DNA from: Candidatus Saccharimonadota bacterium
GTDB taxonomy: Bacteria > Patescibacteriota > Saccharimonadia > Saccharimonadales > Saccharimonadaceae
NCBI RefSeq assembly: GCF_025273655.1
Contig: NZ_CP045921.1
Location: 540,001 to 572,000 of the forward strand
Direction: 5' to 3'
Length of the DNA stretch: 32,000 bases
Each line of letters starts with the position of its first letter. Within the stretch, counting starts at the first letter, position 1. Below the pieces are notes generated by a model. It was not told the origin of the DNA. It saw only the letters and a list, made by a program, of their open reading frames with translations, and ran no database searches. Made by a program: the position numbers and the translations under genes. This document shows positions 8,460-16,523 of this stretch, one piece after another.

Positions 8460-9146
8460 TTACTCTACCGCAACGGCACGAATAGTAATACGCTTATCAT
8501 ATGTTTGCTGCGCGGGGATCCAGTTGCCAGTACAACTGATAAGATTGAGACCTTCTGCTATATCACTAGCCGACTCGGACATGCGTTTCATGCCGCCGTT
8601 ATTGAGATCGTCAAGTGTCAGAGTCTTGACCTCTTGTACTTCGTAAGTAAACTTCTGGCCATCACCGCGCTCTACGGTAATCTCGTCGCCTTCTTTCATA
8701 TCCGGCAGCTTCTCGAACACCCCGCCTTTTGTAGGGCCGCCGTTATGCCCGTCGAGCAGCAATGCGCTACTGCCGCTGCCCGGAGTAGCGGATTTGGTGT
8801 ACCAACCCACGTCGTGAATGTTATGCGGTGTATCGAGCTCGCCATTTGCTTTTGTACCTACCGACAAGACCCTCGCTTTGTCGATACCGAGCGACGGGAT
8901 TGATATATAACGCGGCTGATTTGGCGCAACCTTGTGACCCTCTGTCTGTACTGTAGTGACATCTGCTTCGTCGACTTCTGGATTTGCCGCAGCCAGGGCG
9001 ACTGGCACAGGTGGCTGCTCACCTGTCGTGTAGTAGCGATAGCCATACCATGCACAAGCAGCCACTAGCGCTGCGCCGAGTAAGATAGAGAGCCATAGTC
9101 CGAAATGCGATTCGCTTTTTTGTTCGATACGCAGTCCAGTTACCAT
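8460..9146 (-). CDS. sortase-family transpeptidase (class E/F-like), membrane anchored
   Basis: 228 aa with an N-terminal TM helix (FGLWLSILLGAALVAACAWYGY). Contains IPSLGID, GWY...PG, the catalytic His context LLLDGHNGG, the catalytic Cys in LISCTG, and a conserved Arg in KRITIRAV. Confidence 0.7.
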   Translation of the reverse strand: MVTGLRIEQKSESHFGLWLSILLGAALVAACAWYGYRYYTTGEQPPVPVALAAANPEVDEADVTTVQTEGHKVAPNQPRYISIPSLGIDKARVLSVGTKANGELDTPHNIHDVGWYTKSATPGSGSSALLLDGHNGGPTKGGVFEKLPDMKEGDEITVERGDGQKFTYEVQEVKTLTLDDLNNGGMKRMSESASDIAEGLNLISCTGNWIPAQQTYDKRITIRAVAVE

Positions 9147-9179
9147 ATACCCTCCCGTTTTTTCGTATTAATGGTGTGT

Positions 9180-10592
9180 TTATTTGTAGTCGTCGTAGGT
9201 AACCATGAGCGCGCGACTGTTGATCTGGCGCAGGCTTTCGAGTGCGACTGTGACGATGATGAGCAGTCCCGTACCGCCGATTGCAAGATTTGCGTTGGAT
9301 ATACCTGTGAAATTATACAGCAGATACTCTACCGCAAACGGCGTGATAGCAATGAGGCCAAGCACGAGCGAGCCGAAGAGCACAAGGCGATTGACTACCT
9401 TATTCAGATACTTCTCTGTCTGCAGGCCAGGTCGCACACCTTCGATGAACGCACCTTGCTTTTGCAGGTTTTCGGCAATCTCGTTGCTGTTGAACACAAT
9501 ACCCGTGTAGAAATACGTGAATAGGATGACAAGCAGGAAGTACAGTGTTGGGTAGATAAACGCCTCAGCGGATGCACCTGTGAATTGACCTGGGTTTGGA
9601 GCTTGGAACCAAGTGATAAGCTTGTCGGCTGTTTCGGTATACGCTGGATTACCAGTAGATTTAAGGACCTGCCCCACAAACGCCGGTAGGCTGAGGAATG
9701 CAACTGCGAAGATGACAGGAATCACGCCCGCAGCAATCATCTTGATAGGCAGCACACTTTTGATACCTCCATAGCTGCTGTTACCTTGTACACGCTTGGC
9801 GTAGTTAATCGTGATGACGCGCTGGGCTTCGTTCACCTTCACAAGCAGATATAGCAGTAGCAGCGATGCTGAAAGTAGCGCCAATATGACGTAGAAGATC
9901 GTCGGGTTGACCGGCACGGCGAACCATCCAAAAACACTCAGTGTACCCTGAGAGGTATCGATCAATGATGTCCACAGCGTAGACAGTGTCTGTGGCATCT
10001 GGCTAATGATACCAGCGAAGATGAGCATACTAATACCATTGCCGATACCCTGCTCGGTAATAAGCTCACCCAGCCACATCAGCAACATAGACCCAGCAGT
10101 CATAGCGCTCACCGCCACTATCCAATCCGTAATAGAGGCAGCACCAAGCGTAGTAGTGTTGCCCGCTAGGACAGACTGTCGAAGAATGTAGATGAAGGCA
10201 ATCGATTGTATGATCGCAAGTGGTAATGTCAAAAGACGTGTCCACTGATTGATCTTGCGGCGACCAGATTCACCGTCCTTGTGAAGTTCCTCAAGCTTTG
10301 GCACTGCCTTTGTAAGCAACTGAGTAATGATACTCGCGGTAATGAATGGACTCAGACCAACCAGCACGATCGAGAGCTGGCTGAGTGCACCACCAGACAG
10401 TAGATTCAGGAAGCCTCCGAAGTCGCTTGCAGACAAGAAGCTCGAGATCACGTCTTTGAGCTTACTCGGCTCTGCCAGTGGCACTGGAATATGTGCGAGG
10501 AATCGATACACGGCGATAAGGCCAAGTACGATCAGGAAACGCTTCTGCATATCCTTGTTTTTTAGTGATTTGAAAATGTTTTTCCAGTTCAT
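9180..10592 (-). CDS. secY: preprotein translocase subunit SecY
   Basis: 470 aa polytopic membrane protein. The typical SecY N-terminus (L..KI.FT...L..YR....IP.PG-like) and GI.PIF-like segments are present. Confidence 0.93.
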   Translation of the reverse strand: MNWKNIFKSLKNKDMQKRFLIVLGLIAVYRFLAHIPVPLAEPSKLKDVISSFLSASDFGGFLNLLSGGALSQLSIVLVGLSPFITASIITQLLTKAVPKLEELHKDGESGRRKINQWTRLLTLPLAIIQSIAFIYILRQSVLAGNTTTLGAASITDWIVAVSAMTAGSMLLMWLGELITEQGIGNGISMLIFAGIISQMPQTLSTLWTSLIDTSQGTLSVFGWFAVPVNPTIFYVILALLSASLLLLYLLVKVNEAQRVITINYAKRVQGNSSYGGIKSVLPIKMIAAGVIPVIFAVAFLSLPAFVGQVLKSTGNPAYTETADKLITWFQAPNPGQFTGASAEAFIYPTLYFLLVILFTYFYTGIVFNSNEIAENLQKQGAFIEGVRPGLQTEKYLNKVVNRLVLFGSLVLGLIAITPFAVEYLLYNFTGISNANLAIGGTGLLIIVTVALESLRQINSRALMVTYDDYK

Positions 10593-10713
10593 TGTATGTA
10601 ATCTCTACCCTTTATATTCAGTCTCTATTCGCCACACTTGTTACTCCCAGGGCGTATTCTAGAGCCATTATACAACAAAAACCTCCTAGCTGCTATGGAA
10701 CTTGTAGTGTAAA

Positions 10714-11250
10714 TTACGATTCGCACAACTTTTCAACCTCTTGCAAAATTTCTGACTCGAGATCCTCCGTTGTATCAACAACAATAATTCCACGGTCTCT
10801 ACAGAGGCTTCTTATGTAGCTCTCACTACCTCCACCCATTTTTTCGTAGTTTTGATCAAAGCCTACCACTATCGGGATCGACATGTCGTACGTTCGCCAG
10901 CCTATCGCCCCACCAAGCTCAATGCGGCTAGTCTGCGCATATGCACGACTGGTTTTATAGGGAATAGAAGCATCTTGCGCAGCCCACCAAAATGCGGTCA
11001 CGCCTAATTGTCTCGTATAATCTCTTGTCGTAAACTCCCAGAGTTTCTGCTCATCAGCATCAAACTTCTTTTGGTCATCTTCGGTTCTTCGTGGAGACAT
11101 GACAACAATGTCATCTCTTGCGCCTAGCAGTTGACGCGCAAGCGGTGTTTGCCAATCCGATGCTCCCTGTACAGGACCGGCGAGGAATACTGACGGCTTG
11201 TTATCATGAATATCTGGGTAGTGCGGAGGAGTATACAATCTCTCTATCAT
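10714..11250 (-). CDS. nucleoside 2-deoxyribosyltransferase-like fold protein (tentative)
   Basis: 178 aa. SVFLAGPVQGASDW near the N-terminus and a later TSRIELGGAIG resemble the FLAG...W and (T/S)xxExG motifs of NDT/Rcl-like families. Recalled from memory, not searched. Confidence 0.4.
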   Translation of the reverse strand: MIERLYTPPHYPDIHDNKPSVFLAGPVQGASDWQTPLARQLLGARDDIVVMSPRRTEDDQKKFDADEQKLWEFTTRDYTRQLGVTAFWWAAQDASIPYKTSRAYAQTSRIELGGAIGWRTYDMSIPIVVGFDQNYEKMGGGSESYIRSLCRDRGIIVVDTTEDLESEILQEVEKLCES

Positions 11251-11264
11251 AAGTAAATGGTAGC

Positions 11265-11295
11265 AAAGAAGCCTGTATTACACAGGCTTCTTTTT
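11265..11295. terminator. bidirectional-type hairpin terminator after rplO
   Basis: A 12-bp stem AAAGAAGCCTGT/ACAGGCTTCTTT (11265-11276 with 11282-11293) with a 5-nt loop. A and T runs flank both sides. It lies 13 nt downstream of the rplO stop and ends 14 nt before the next start. Confidence 0.5.
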
Positions 11296-11307
11296 GTCAG
11301 CTACTGA

Positions 11308-11790
11308 CTATTTCTCGGCTTTTTCTGCAGCCTTAGCAGACTGTTTGATCGGTGTCGGTACTTTTTCAAATGTACCACCAGCCTTGGTGATAGCTGCCTG
11401 TACGCTCGCAGATGCAGCCTGCACCTTGAGCGTTACCTTTTCTGTCAGCTCACCACGAGCAATTACCTTTACAGTGTGAAAAGGTGTCGCTACGTAGCCC
11501 GCCTCAAACAGAGTCATGTTATCGGCAGTTTTACCCTTGAACGCGTTGAGGTGATCAAGGTAGACGACTTGTGCAGGAGCCTTGAAGCTCTTGAAGCCAC
11601 GGTTTTTTGGTGCGCGCTGCGCCAGTGGGCCTGAGCCACCCTGGAACATAGCGTTGAGCTTCTTGCCTGTACGAGCCTTCTGACCCTTTGTACCACGACC
11701 AGCAGTTTTACCACCGCCAGCAGAGATACCTCGGCCGACTCGCTTCTTTGTCTTATTGGCAGAAACGTTGAGTTCGTTGTACTTAGTCAT
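11308..11790 (-). CDS. rplO: 50S ribosomal protein L15
   Basis: 160 aa. The segment K.KKRVGRGISAGGGKTAGRGTKGQKAR is typical of L15. Its ATG overlaps the rpsE stop by 1 nt (TAATG). Confidence 0.9.
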   Translation of the reverse strand: MTKYNELNVSANKTKKRVGRGISAGGGKTAGRGTKGQKARTGKKLNAMFQGGSGPLAQRAPKNRGFKSFKAPAQVVYLDHLNAFKGKTADNMTLFEAGYVATPFHTVKVIARGELTEKVTLKVQAASASVQAAITKAGGTFEKVPTPIKQSAKAAEKAEK

Positions 11791-12392
11791 TATTTAGTCT
11801 CCTCTTTGTCTGCTTTTTTAGCAGCCTTTTTTGGAGCGTTCAGCCACTGGTCTCGGGGAACAAGTGTCTTGAGCGCATCGATAGTTGCGTAGGCGATGTT
11901 GACCTTGTTGGTGCTGCCCAGGCTCTTCGAGAGCAAGTTACGTACACCAGTTACACCAATTACCTGTCGCACTACACCACCGGCGATAATGCCGGTACCA
12001 GGTGCAGCTGGCTTGATGAGGACTTGTGCGCCACTTACCTTCACTTCTGCATCATGTGGAATCGTCTCATTTGCGATAGGCACAGTGATGAGATTTTTCT
12101 TTGCTACATCAGTTGCTTTTGCGATAGCAGTCTGGACATCTTGTCCTTTACTCACGCCAACGCCGACCTTGTCTTTGCGGTTACCCACTACGACAAGCGC
12201 CTTGAAGCGGAAGCGACGGCCGCCTTTGACCACACGGGCCACGCGGTCGATGTTGATCACTACTTCTTCAAATTCTTTCGGCGCAGCATCGGCTGCGTTT
12301 CGTCGGTCATCGCGACGACCACCACGCTGAGGACCGCGACCGCGGTTGTCTGAGCGAGGGGTAGTAGTTGCTGGTGCTTGTGCGTCAGCCAT
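11790..12392 (-). CDS. rpsE: 30S ribosomal protein S5
   Basis: Start trimmed to Met30 of the track ORF (cat at 12390-12392), 1 nt after the rplR stop. The core VVKGGRRFRF.ALVVVGN and G.GIIAGG are S5 motifs. Both termini carry Arg/Lys-rich extensions. Confidence 0.9.
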   Translation of the reverse strand: MADAQAPATTTPRSDNRGRGPQRGGRRDDRRNAADAAPKEFEEVVINIDRVARVVKGGRRFRFKALVVVGNRKDKVGVGVSKGQDVQTAIAKATDVAKKNLITVPIANETIPHDAEVKVSGAQVLIKPAAPGTGIIAGGVVRQVIGVTGVRNLLSKSLGSTNKVNIAYATIDALKTLVPRDQWLNAPKKAAKKADKEETK

Positions 12393-12393
12393 A

Positions 12394-12747
12394 CTAGAAC
12401 TCCAATCCTTCTTTACGTGCAGCGTCGGCGAGTGCGCTGAGGCGACCAGCGTACTGGCGGCCATTGCGATCGAACACAACTGCGGTTACTTTAGCTTTCT
12501 TTGCTTTTTTGGCAATGTCTGTACCAACTTTTGCTGCTAGTTCAGTTTTGCTACCGGTTGCTTTGGCGCCGACGGTTGTCGCAGCAGCAAGCGTATGACC
12601 CGCAACGTCGTCGATCAGCTGTGCGCTTACGTGCACATTGCTGATAGTAACAGTGAGGCGTGGACGTTCAGCGGTGCCGGTAACCTTGGCGCGGACACGG
12701 CCTTTACGAAGTGACTTGTTCAGTGCTTTTTTAGCGAGATCTGCCAT
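12394..12747 (-). CDS. rplR: 50S ribosomal protein L18
   Basis: 117 aa. RPRLTV..SN.H..AQ.IDD and VVFDRNG..Y.GR..A.A.AAR..GL.F are typical of L18. Confidence 0.9.
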   Translation of the reverse strand: MADLAKKALNKSLRKGRVRAKVTGTAERPRLTVTISNVHVSAQLIDDVAGHTLAAATTVGAKATGSKTELAAKVGTDIAKKAKKAKVTAVVFDRNGRQYAGRLSALADAARKEGLEF

Positions 12748-12749
12748 GA

Positions 12750-13283
12750 TTACTTACCAGCCTTTCCTGCTTTTCGAAGGATCACTTCGTCGACATATTT
12801 AATACCCTTGCCCTTGTACGGCTCAGGCTTCTTAAGAGCACGGATTTCCGCAGCGACCTGACCAACTTGCTGTTTGTCGATGCCGCTCACGCTGATCACC
12901 ATCTTGTCATTTGATACCGTCACGCCCGCTGGTGCAGTGTATTTGACGGGGTGGCTAAAGCCGAGACTCATTTCGAGCGTGTTGCCCTGTGTAGCTACGC
13001 GGAAGCCGACACCGTTGACTTCGAGTTTTTTCTCGAAACCTTTTGTCACGCCTACTACAGCGTTGTTGAGAAGTGCGCGCTGCAAACCGTGCTGGGCACG
13101 AGCGACACGCTCTTCGTTGTTACGGGTTACGGTAGCAACACCATCTTCAACAGTCACGGTTACGTCGCTCAGATGTGGTACGGTCAGCTCGCCTTTGCTA
13201 GCTGTGACCTTGATCACTTCTGAGTCGACCGTGATTGTCACGCCTGATGGAATCTCAATTGGTAGTTTTCCGATTCGACTCAT
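12750..13283 (-). CDS. rplF: 50S ribosomal protein L6
   Basis: 177 aa beginning MSRIGKLPI.IP.GV, with EPYKGKGI.Y near the C-terminus. Confidence 0.92.
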   Translation of the reverse strand: MSRIGKLPIEIPSGVTITVDSEVIKVTASKGELTVPHLSDVTVTVEDGVATVTRNNEERVARAQHGLQRALLNNAVVGVTKGFEKKLEVNGVGFRVATQGNTLEMSLGFSHPVKYTAPAGVTVSNDKMVISVSGIDKQQVGQVAAEIRALKKPEPYKGKGIKYVDEVILRKAGKAGK

Positions 13284-13390
13284 ACTTACCTTTCGTTATG
13301 GCAAGCGAAATGTTTGTTTCTGGGCTGACATATCCTTGAGGATATGAGCGCAAAATCTCCCGATTTCACTCGCAAATTATTATCTAGGTA

Positions 13391-13419
13391 ATTGTAGCAT
13401 AGATACAAGGTTACGTAAA
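13391..13419 (-). promoter_or_regulatory. candidate promoter for the rplF-rplR-rpsE-rplO unit
   Basis: The minus strand reads TTTACG-17 nt-TACAAT with an extended -10 TGCTACAAT. It lies about 100 nt upstream of rplF. The leader contains a 7-bp hairpin CATATCC/GGATATG (13329-13346). Confidence 0.45.
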
Positions 13420-13423
13420 GACC

Positions 13424-13768
13424 GTGCGGCAGTCTTGCTGGCGTATCGGAATAGGCCTGGTTCTCAGCTACGGCTACGAGATTGCAGCCGGTAGAATGGT
13501 TGCTAGCCTAGAGGGCGAGAAAGAAATTCCGTACATCGGCGGCTTCGACTGGGTCGACATCGTCGCCTACACAATCGGAGCTGTGCTCGCTATCGGACTG
13601 TGCCAGCCTCTATACAAAGCTGAGCTCGAGCTTGCTGCTCGAAAGGATGAAGCCGTTCGAGCAGAAAAAGCACGAATCCGTGAACTACGCAGTGAGCGGA
13701 AGAAAGCTACGATTACGGCCGGGGCAAGAAGCAAGCACGGCCGCAAACGAAGTCGCAAGCGGCAGTAA
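13424..13768 (+). CDS. hypothetical small membrane protein with poly-basic C-terminal tail
   Basis: 114 aa from a GTG start; an alternative ATG is at 13496, and no clear SD is present. Two hydrophobic segments are followed by a charged helix and the tail ARSKHGRKRSRKRQ. A GAAA-tetraloop terminator lies 22 nt after the stop. It is antisense to all its neighbours. Confidence 0.4.
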   Translation: MRQSCWRIGIGLVLSYGYEIAAGRMVASLEGEKEIPYIGGFDWVDIVAYTIGAVLAIGLCQPLYKAELELAARKDEAVRAEKARIRELRSERKKATITAGARSKHGRKRSRKRQ

Positions 13769-13789
13769 AGGCTGTAGCGTGAAGGTACT

Positions 13790-13812
13790 AGGGGCACGAA
13801 AGTGCTCCTTTT
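13790..13812 (+). terminator. rho-independent terminator after the 13424 ORF
   Basis: AGGGGCAC-GAAA-GTGCTCCT forms 8 bp including one G.U pair, followed by TTT. Confidence 0.5.
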
Positions 13813-13992
13813 ACCTTCTCTGAAGGCAATAATTATATCTAGTAACGTGACAATTCTCACAGACAAATCCCATAACCGGGTCTAAATTCAAGATGGTAAG
13901 TATAGCAAAACGAGGGCTATGATGACAGCTGCGCACAGAGAAGAGATGAAAGATCTCGAAGAAGGCTAGTTCTCGAACATTAGTCGCATAAC

Positions 13993-14022
13993 AAAATCTC
14001 CCTCACTATTGAGGGAGATTTT
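13993..14022. terminator. bidirectional terminator between rpsH and rplF
   Basis: A 13-bp perfect stem AAAATCTCCCTCA/TGAGGGAGATTTT with a CTAT loop and T-runs on both strands. It lies 18 nt downstream of the rpsH stop. Confidence 0.65.
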
Positions 14023-14040
14023 GTGAATTAGCGAGTAATT

Positions 14041-14442
14041 CTAGTATACCTTGAGCAGGAGTTCACCGCCGAGGCGAGCTTTGACAGCTTCTTGGCCAGT
14101 GATCACACCTTGCGATGTACTCACCAGAACGATACCGCGGCCAGATTTGACGCGTGGAATCTCGTCGGCTTTCACATAGACACGACGACCAGGCTTGCTG
14201 AGGCGTGTAATCTCGTTGATAGTGCTGTTTTCACCGGCTTTGTTGATAGTGATAACAAGTGTGTCACGTGGTTTGCCAGCTTCACGTTTGACGTCTGCGA
14301 GGTAGCCGCTTTTGGCCAGCTTCTTCGCGATGACTTCTTTCATGTTGCTTGCAGGTACGCGGACTTCTGTTTTGCCAACCATTTTCGCGTTACGAATGCG
14401 AGTCAAGAGGTCGGCGATTGGATCTGTAGTTTGCATAGACAT
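14041..14442 (-). CDS. rpsH: 30S ribosomal protein S8
   Basis: 133 aa. DPIADLLTRIRNA at the N-terminus and GGE.L..V at the C-terminus are typical of S8. Confidence 0.92.
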   Translation of the reverse strand: MSMQTTDPIADLLTRIRNAKMVGKTEVRVPASNMKEVIAKKLAKSGYLADVKREAGKPRDTLVITINKAGENSTINEITRLSKPGRRVYVKADEIPRVKSGRGIVLVSTSQGVITGQEAVKARLGGELLLKVY

Positions 14443-14460
14443 ATCTGTTCTCCTTCCCTC

Positions 14461-14730
14461 TTACCAACTACTCTTTCGCACACCAGGAATCTTACCTTTT
14501 GAGGCAAGCTCGCGGAAATTGATACGGTTGAGACCGAATCGGCGCATGTAGGCGTGCGGACGGCCACTCAGTACATCGCGGTTTTTCCAGCGAGTTGGGC
14601 TACTGTTTTTTGGCAGTTTCTGAAGACCGTCTTGGTCGCCCATTTCCTTGAGTTCAACACGCTTGGCAGCGTATTTCTGGATCATCTTCTTGCGCTTCTC
14701 GTCGCGAGCGACTGCAGATTTCTTAGCCAT
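14461..14730 (-). CDS. rpsN: 30S ribosomal protein S14 (long, Cys-less form)
   Basis: 89 aa. Has an MAKKS...R..KR start and an R.FGL.R..FRELA..G.IPGV.K.SW end. No CxxC motifs are present. Confidence 0.9.
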   Translation of the reverse strand: MAKKSAVARDEKRKKMIQKYAAKRVELKEMGDQDGLQKLPKNSSPTRWKNRDVLSGRPHAYMRRFGLNRINFRELASKGKIPGVRKSSW

Positions 14731-15314
14731 TAGCGTCGTCCTCCTTCTTTCTCAAACGGTACGCCGAATTTCTCGAGCAGTGCACGGCTGTGTGCTTTGT
14801 CTTCGTTTGCAATCACAAATGTGACCTGTAGGCCATGAATGACCTGAGTTTCCTCAAATGTCAGCTCTGGAAAAATTGACTGATCGTTGATACCAACGTT
14901 GTAGTTACCACCTTTGTCGAATGCCTTTGCGCCTACACCGTGGAAGTCACGGATGCGTGGCATAGCGACGTTGACAAAGCGATCCATAAACTCGTACATC
15001 TGCGCACCGCGGAGAGTGACGCTAATACCAATACGGTTCATACCTGCACGAATTTTGAAACCAGCGATTGATTTCTTGGCCATGCGATCGATAGGTGCCT
15101 GACCTGTAATCTTGGTCAGGGTATTTTTGACGACTTCGTAGTGACGCTTGTCGTCTTTGTTTTTACCAAGTCCTACGCTCACAACGATTTTCTCGAGCTT
15201 CGGTACTTGATGTACGTTAGTGAGTCCGAGTTCGGTCTGGAGTTCTTTCTTGACAGTAGTGTCGTAGAGAGCTTTCAGACGAGGAGTGTAGGCAGTTTCT
15301 GTAGCTTTTGCCAT
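14730..15314 (-). CDS. rplE: 50S ribosomal protein L5
   Basis: 194 aa. The MPRIRDF.G, GNYN.GI.DQ.IFPE pattern is present. Confidence 0.92.
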   Translation of the reverse strand: MAKATETAYTPRLKALYDTTVKKELQTELGLTNVHQVPKLEKIVVSVGLGKNKDDKRHYEVVKNTLTKITGQAPIDRMAKKSIAGFKIRAGMNRIGISVTLRGAQMYEFMDRFVNVAMPRIRDFHGVGAKAFDKGGNYNVGINDQSIFPELTFEETQVIHGLQVTFVIANEDKAHSRALLEKFGVPFEKEGGRR

Positions 15315-15631
15315 TATTTGATCTCCTTGTTCTTTAGCTGACGCGCAACACGGACAGTACCGGCGTCAGTTTTGTTGTAGCCAACACGGCTGGTTGTACC
15401 AGCTTTTTCGTCGACGACGAGGGCTACTTTGTGCAGTGGGGTTGGAACATGAATGTCTTTGACGCCACCGCGTGGGTTGAGTTGACTTGGCTTGACCTTG
15501 CGGCTACCGACACCGACTCCTTCGATGAGAACGGCATTTTGCTTCGGTAGTACAGCCAGTACTTTACCGGTCTTGCCTTTGTTCGTGCCGCTTACAAGCT
15601 TCACGATGTCACTTTTTCGGATACGTGCCAT
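15314..15631 (-). CDS. rplX: 50S ribosomal protein L24
   Basis: Start trimmed to Met52 of the track ORF (cat at 15629-15631), 1 nt after the rplN stop. MARIRKSDIVKLVSGTNKGKTGKV contains the KOW motif. Confidence 0.9.
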   Translation of the reverse strand: MARIRKSDIVKLVSGTNKGKTGKVLAVLPKQNAVLIEGVGVGSRKVKPSQLNPRGGVKDIHVPTPLHKVALVVDEKAGTTSRVGYNKTDAGTVRVARQLKNKEIK

Positions 15632-15632
15632 A

Positions 15633-16001
15633 CTAGAGTACCTCCGGTGCCAAGCTAATGATCTTCGAATAACCAAGGTCACGCAGTTCTCGTGGCACTG
15701 GACCAAAGATACGGGTAGCCTTAGGATTTTTGTCGTCGCCGATAATAACAGCGGCGTTGTCATCGAAGCAGATGGTCGAGCCATCTTTGCGCTTGATTTG
15801 GCTGCGGGTGCGAACGATCACTGCTTTTTGGACAGTTTTCTTTTTGATGTTACCACCTGGGTTAGCATCTTTGATCGTCACGACCACGATATCACCAACA
15901 GCAGCAAAACGGCGACGCGTACCACCGAGTACACGGATGATCAACGCTTCCTTTGCACCACTGTTATCAGTGATTTTGATACGTGATTCTTGTTGCAACA
16001 T
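15633..16001 (-). CDS. rplN: 50S ribosomal protein L14
   Basis: 122 aa beginning [18 protein letters not shown] and ending ...LAPEVL, typical of L14. Confidence 0.93.
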   Translation of the reverse strand: MLQQESRIKITDNSGAKEALIIRVLGGTRRRFAAVGDIVVVTIKDANPGGNIKKKTVQKAVIVRTRSQIKRKDGSTICFDDNAAVIIGDDKNPKATRIFGPVPRELRDLGYSKIISLAPEVL

Positions 16002-16285
16002 TACGCAGCCACCTCCTCGACGTCATCTTTCAGCTCTACTGCACCGCGAGATTTCTCTTCGATGAGGTCGAGTTTGAACGATTTGGTCTTAGAAATAGGA
16101 CGTGTCTCCACGATACGGACTTTGTCTCCTATCTTCGCTTCGTTTTCTTCGTCGTGCGCAGTATATTTACGACTCACAGTGTACTGCTTGCCGTAGATAG
16201 GGTGCGTTTCACGACTAGTTACAGTGACGGTGATTGTCTTGTCGCGAACATCCGATGTCACGATACCGGTCAATGTCTTGGCCAT
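16001..16285 (-). CDS. rpsQ: 30S ribosomal protein S17
   Basis: 94 aa. G.V.S....KT..V.V......HP.Y.K.....K...HDE.N....GD.V.I.E.RP.SK is present. It has an acidic C-terminal tail. Confidence 0.9.
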   Translation of the reverse strand: MAKTLTGIVTSDVRDKTITVTVTSRETHPIYGKQYTVSRKYTAHDEENEAKIGDKVRIVETRPISKTKSFKLDLIEEKSRGAVELKDDVEEVAA

Positions 16286-16286
16286 A

Positions 16287-16520
16287 TTACTTATCTCCCT
16301 TTTCTGCCAACTCCGCTGCTCGGATAGCAGTTGAGAGGCGTGCGATTTCTTTGCGAGTCGCCGTGATGACGCGAGGGTTCTGCAGTTCGCCAGCAGCTAG
16401 ACCGCGACGTGCGTCGATCAGGTCTTGGCGCTTAGTAGCGAGCTCTGTACGCAGAGTCTCGAGAGTCTTCACTTCAGAAGCTTCTTTGGCTTTTTTGGTG
16501 GTTGCTTTTGCAGTTGCCAT
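16287..16520 (-). CDS. rpmC: 50S ribosomal protein L29
   Basis: 77 aa, in the canonical position between rplP and rpsQ. Contains an L.EL...R..LF.LR-like helix and an RK.IAR motif. Confidence 0.85.
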   Translation of the reverse strand: MATAKATTKKAKEASEVKTLETLRTELATKRQDLIDARRGLAAGELQNPRVITATRKEIARLSTAIRAAELAEKGDK

Positions 16521-16523
16521 AGC

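Noticed and set aside
11790-12479. N-terminally extended ORF-track versions of rpsE (to 12479), rplX (to 15784), rplW (to 19444), rplC (to 20711), rpsJ (to 24733) and the hydrolase (to 4253).
   Set aside because: The extensions overlap the upstream gene or run into leaders and terminators. They lack similarity to the protein families. In every case an internal Met gives the canonical N-terminus, with a stop-start junction or an SD.
13567-13866. A minus-strand 99-aa ORF overlapping the 13424-13768 plus-strand ORF.
   Set aside because: The translation is an Arg/Ser/Leu-rich low-complexity string typical of antisense reading. It also spans the plus-strand terminator, and it lies between the rpsH terminator and the rplF promoter with no signals of its own.
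13919-13969. Tiny ORFs: MMTAAHREEMKDLEEG (13919-13969), MHRLLGHLLVS (about 26373-26408) and a 35-aa ORF at about 30178-30285.
   Set aside because: They are too short to evaluate, and their SD spacing is poor or absent. The first is noted only as part of the orphan 180-nt segment finding.
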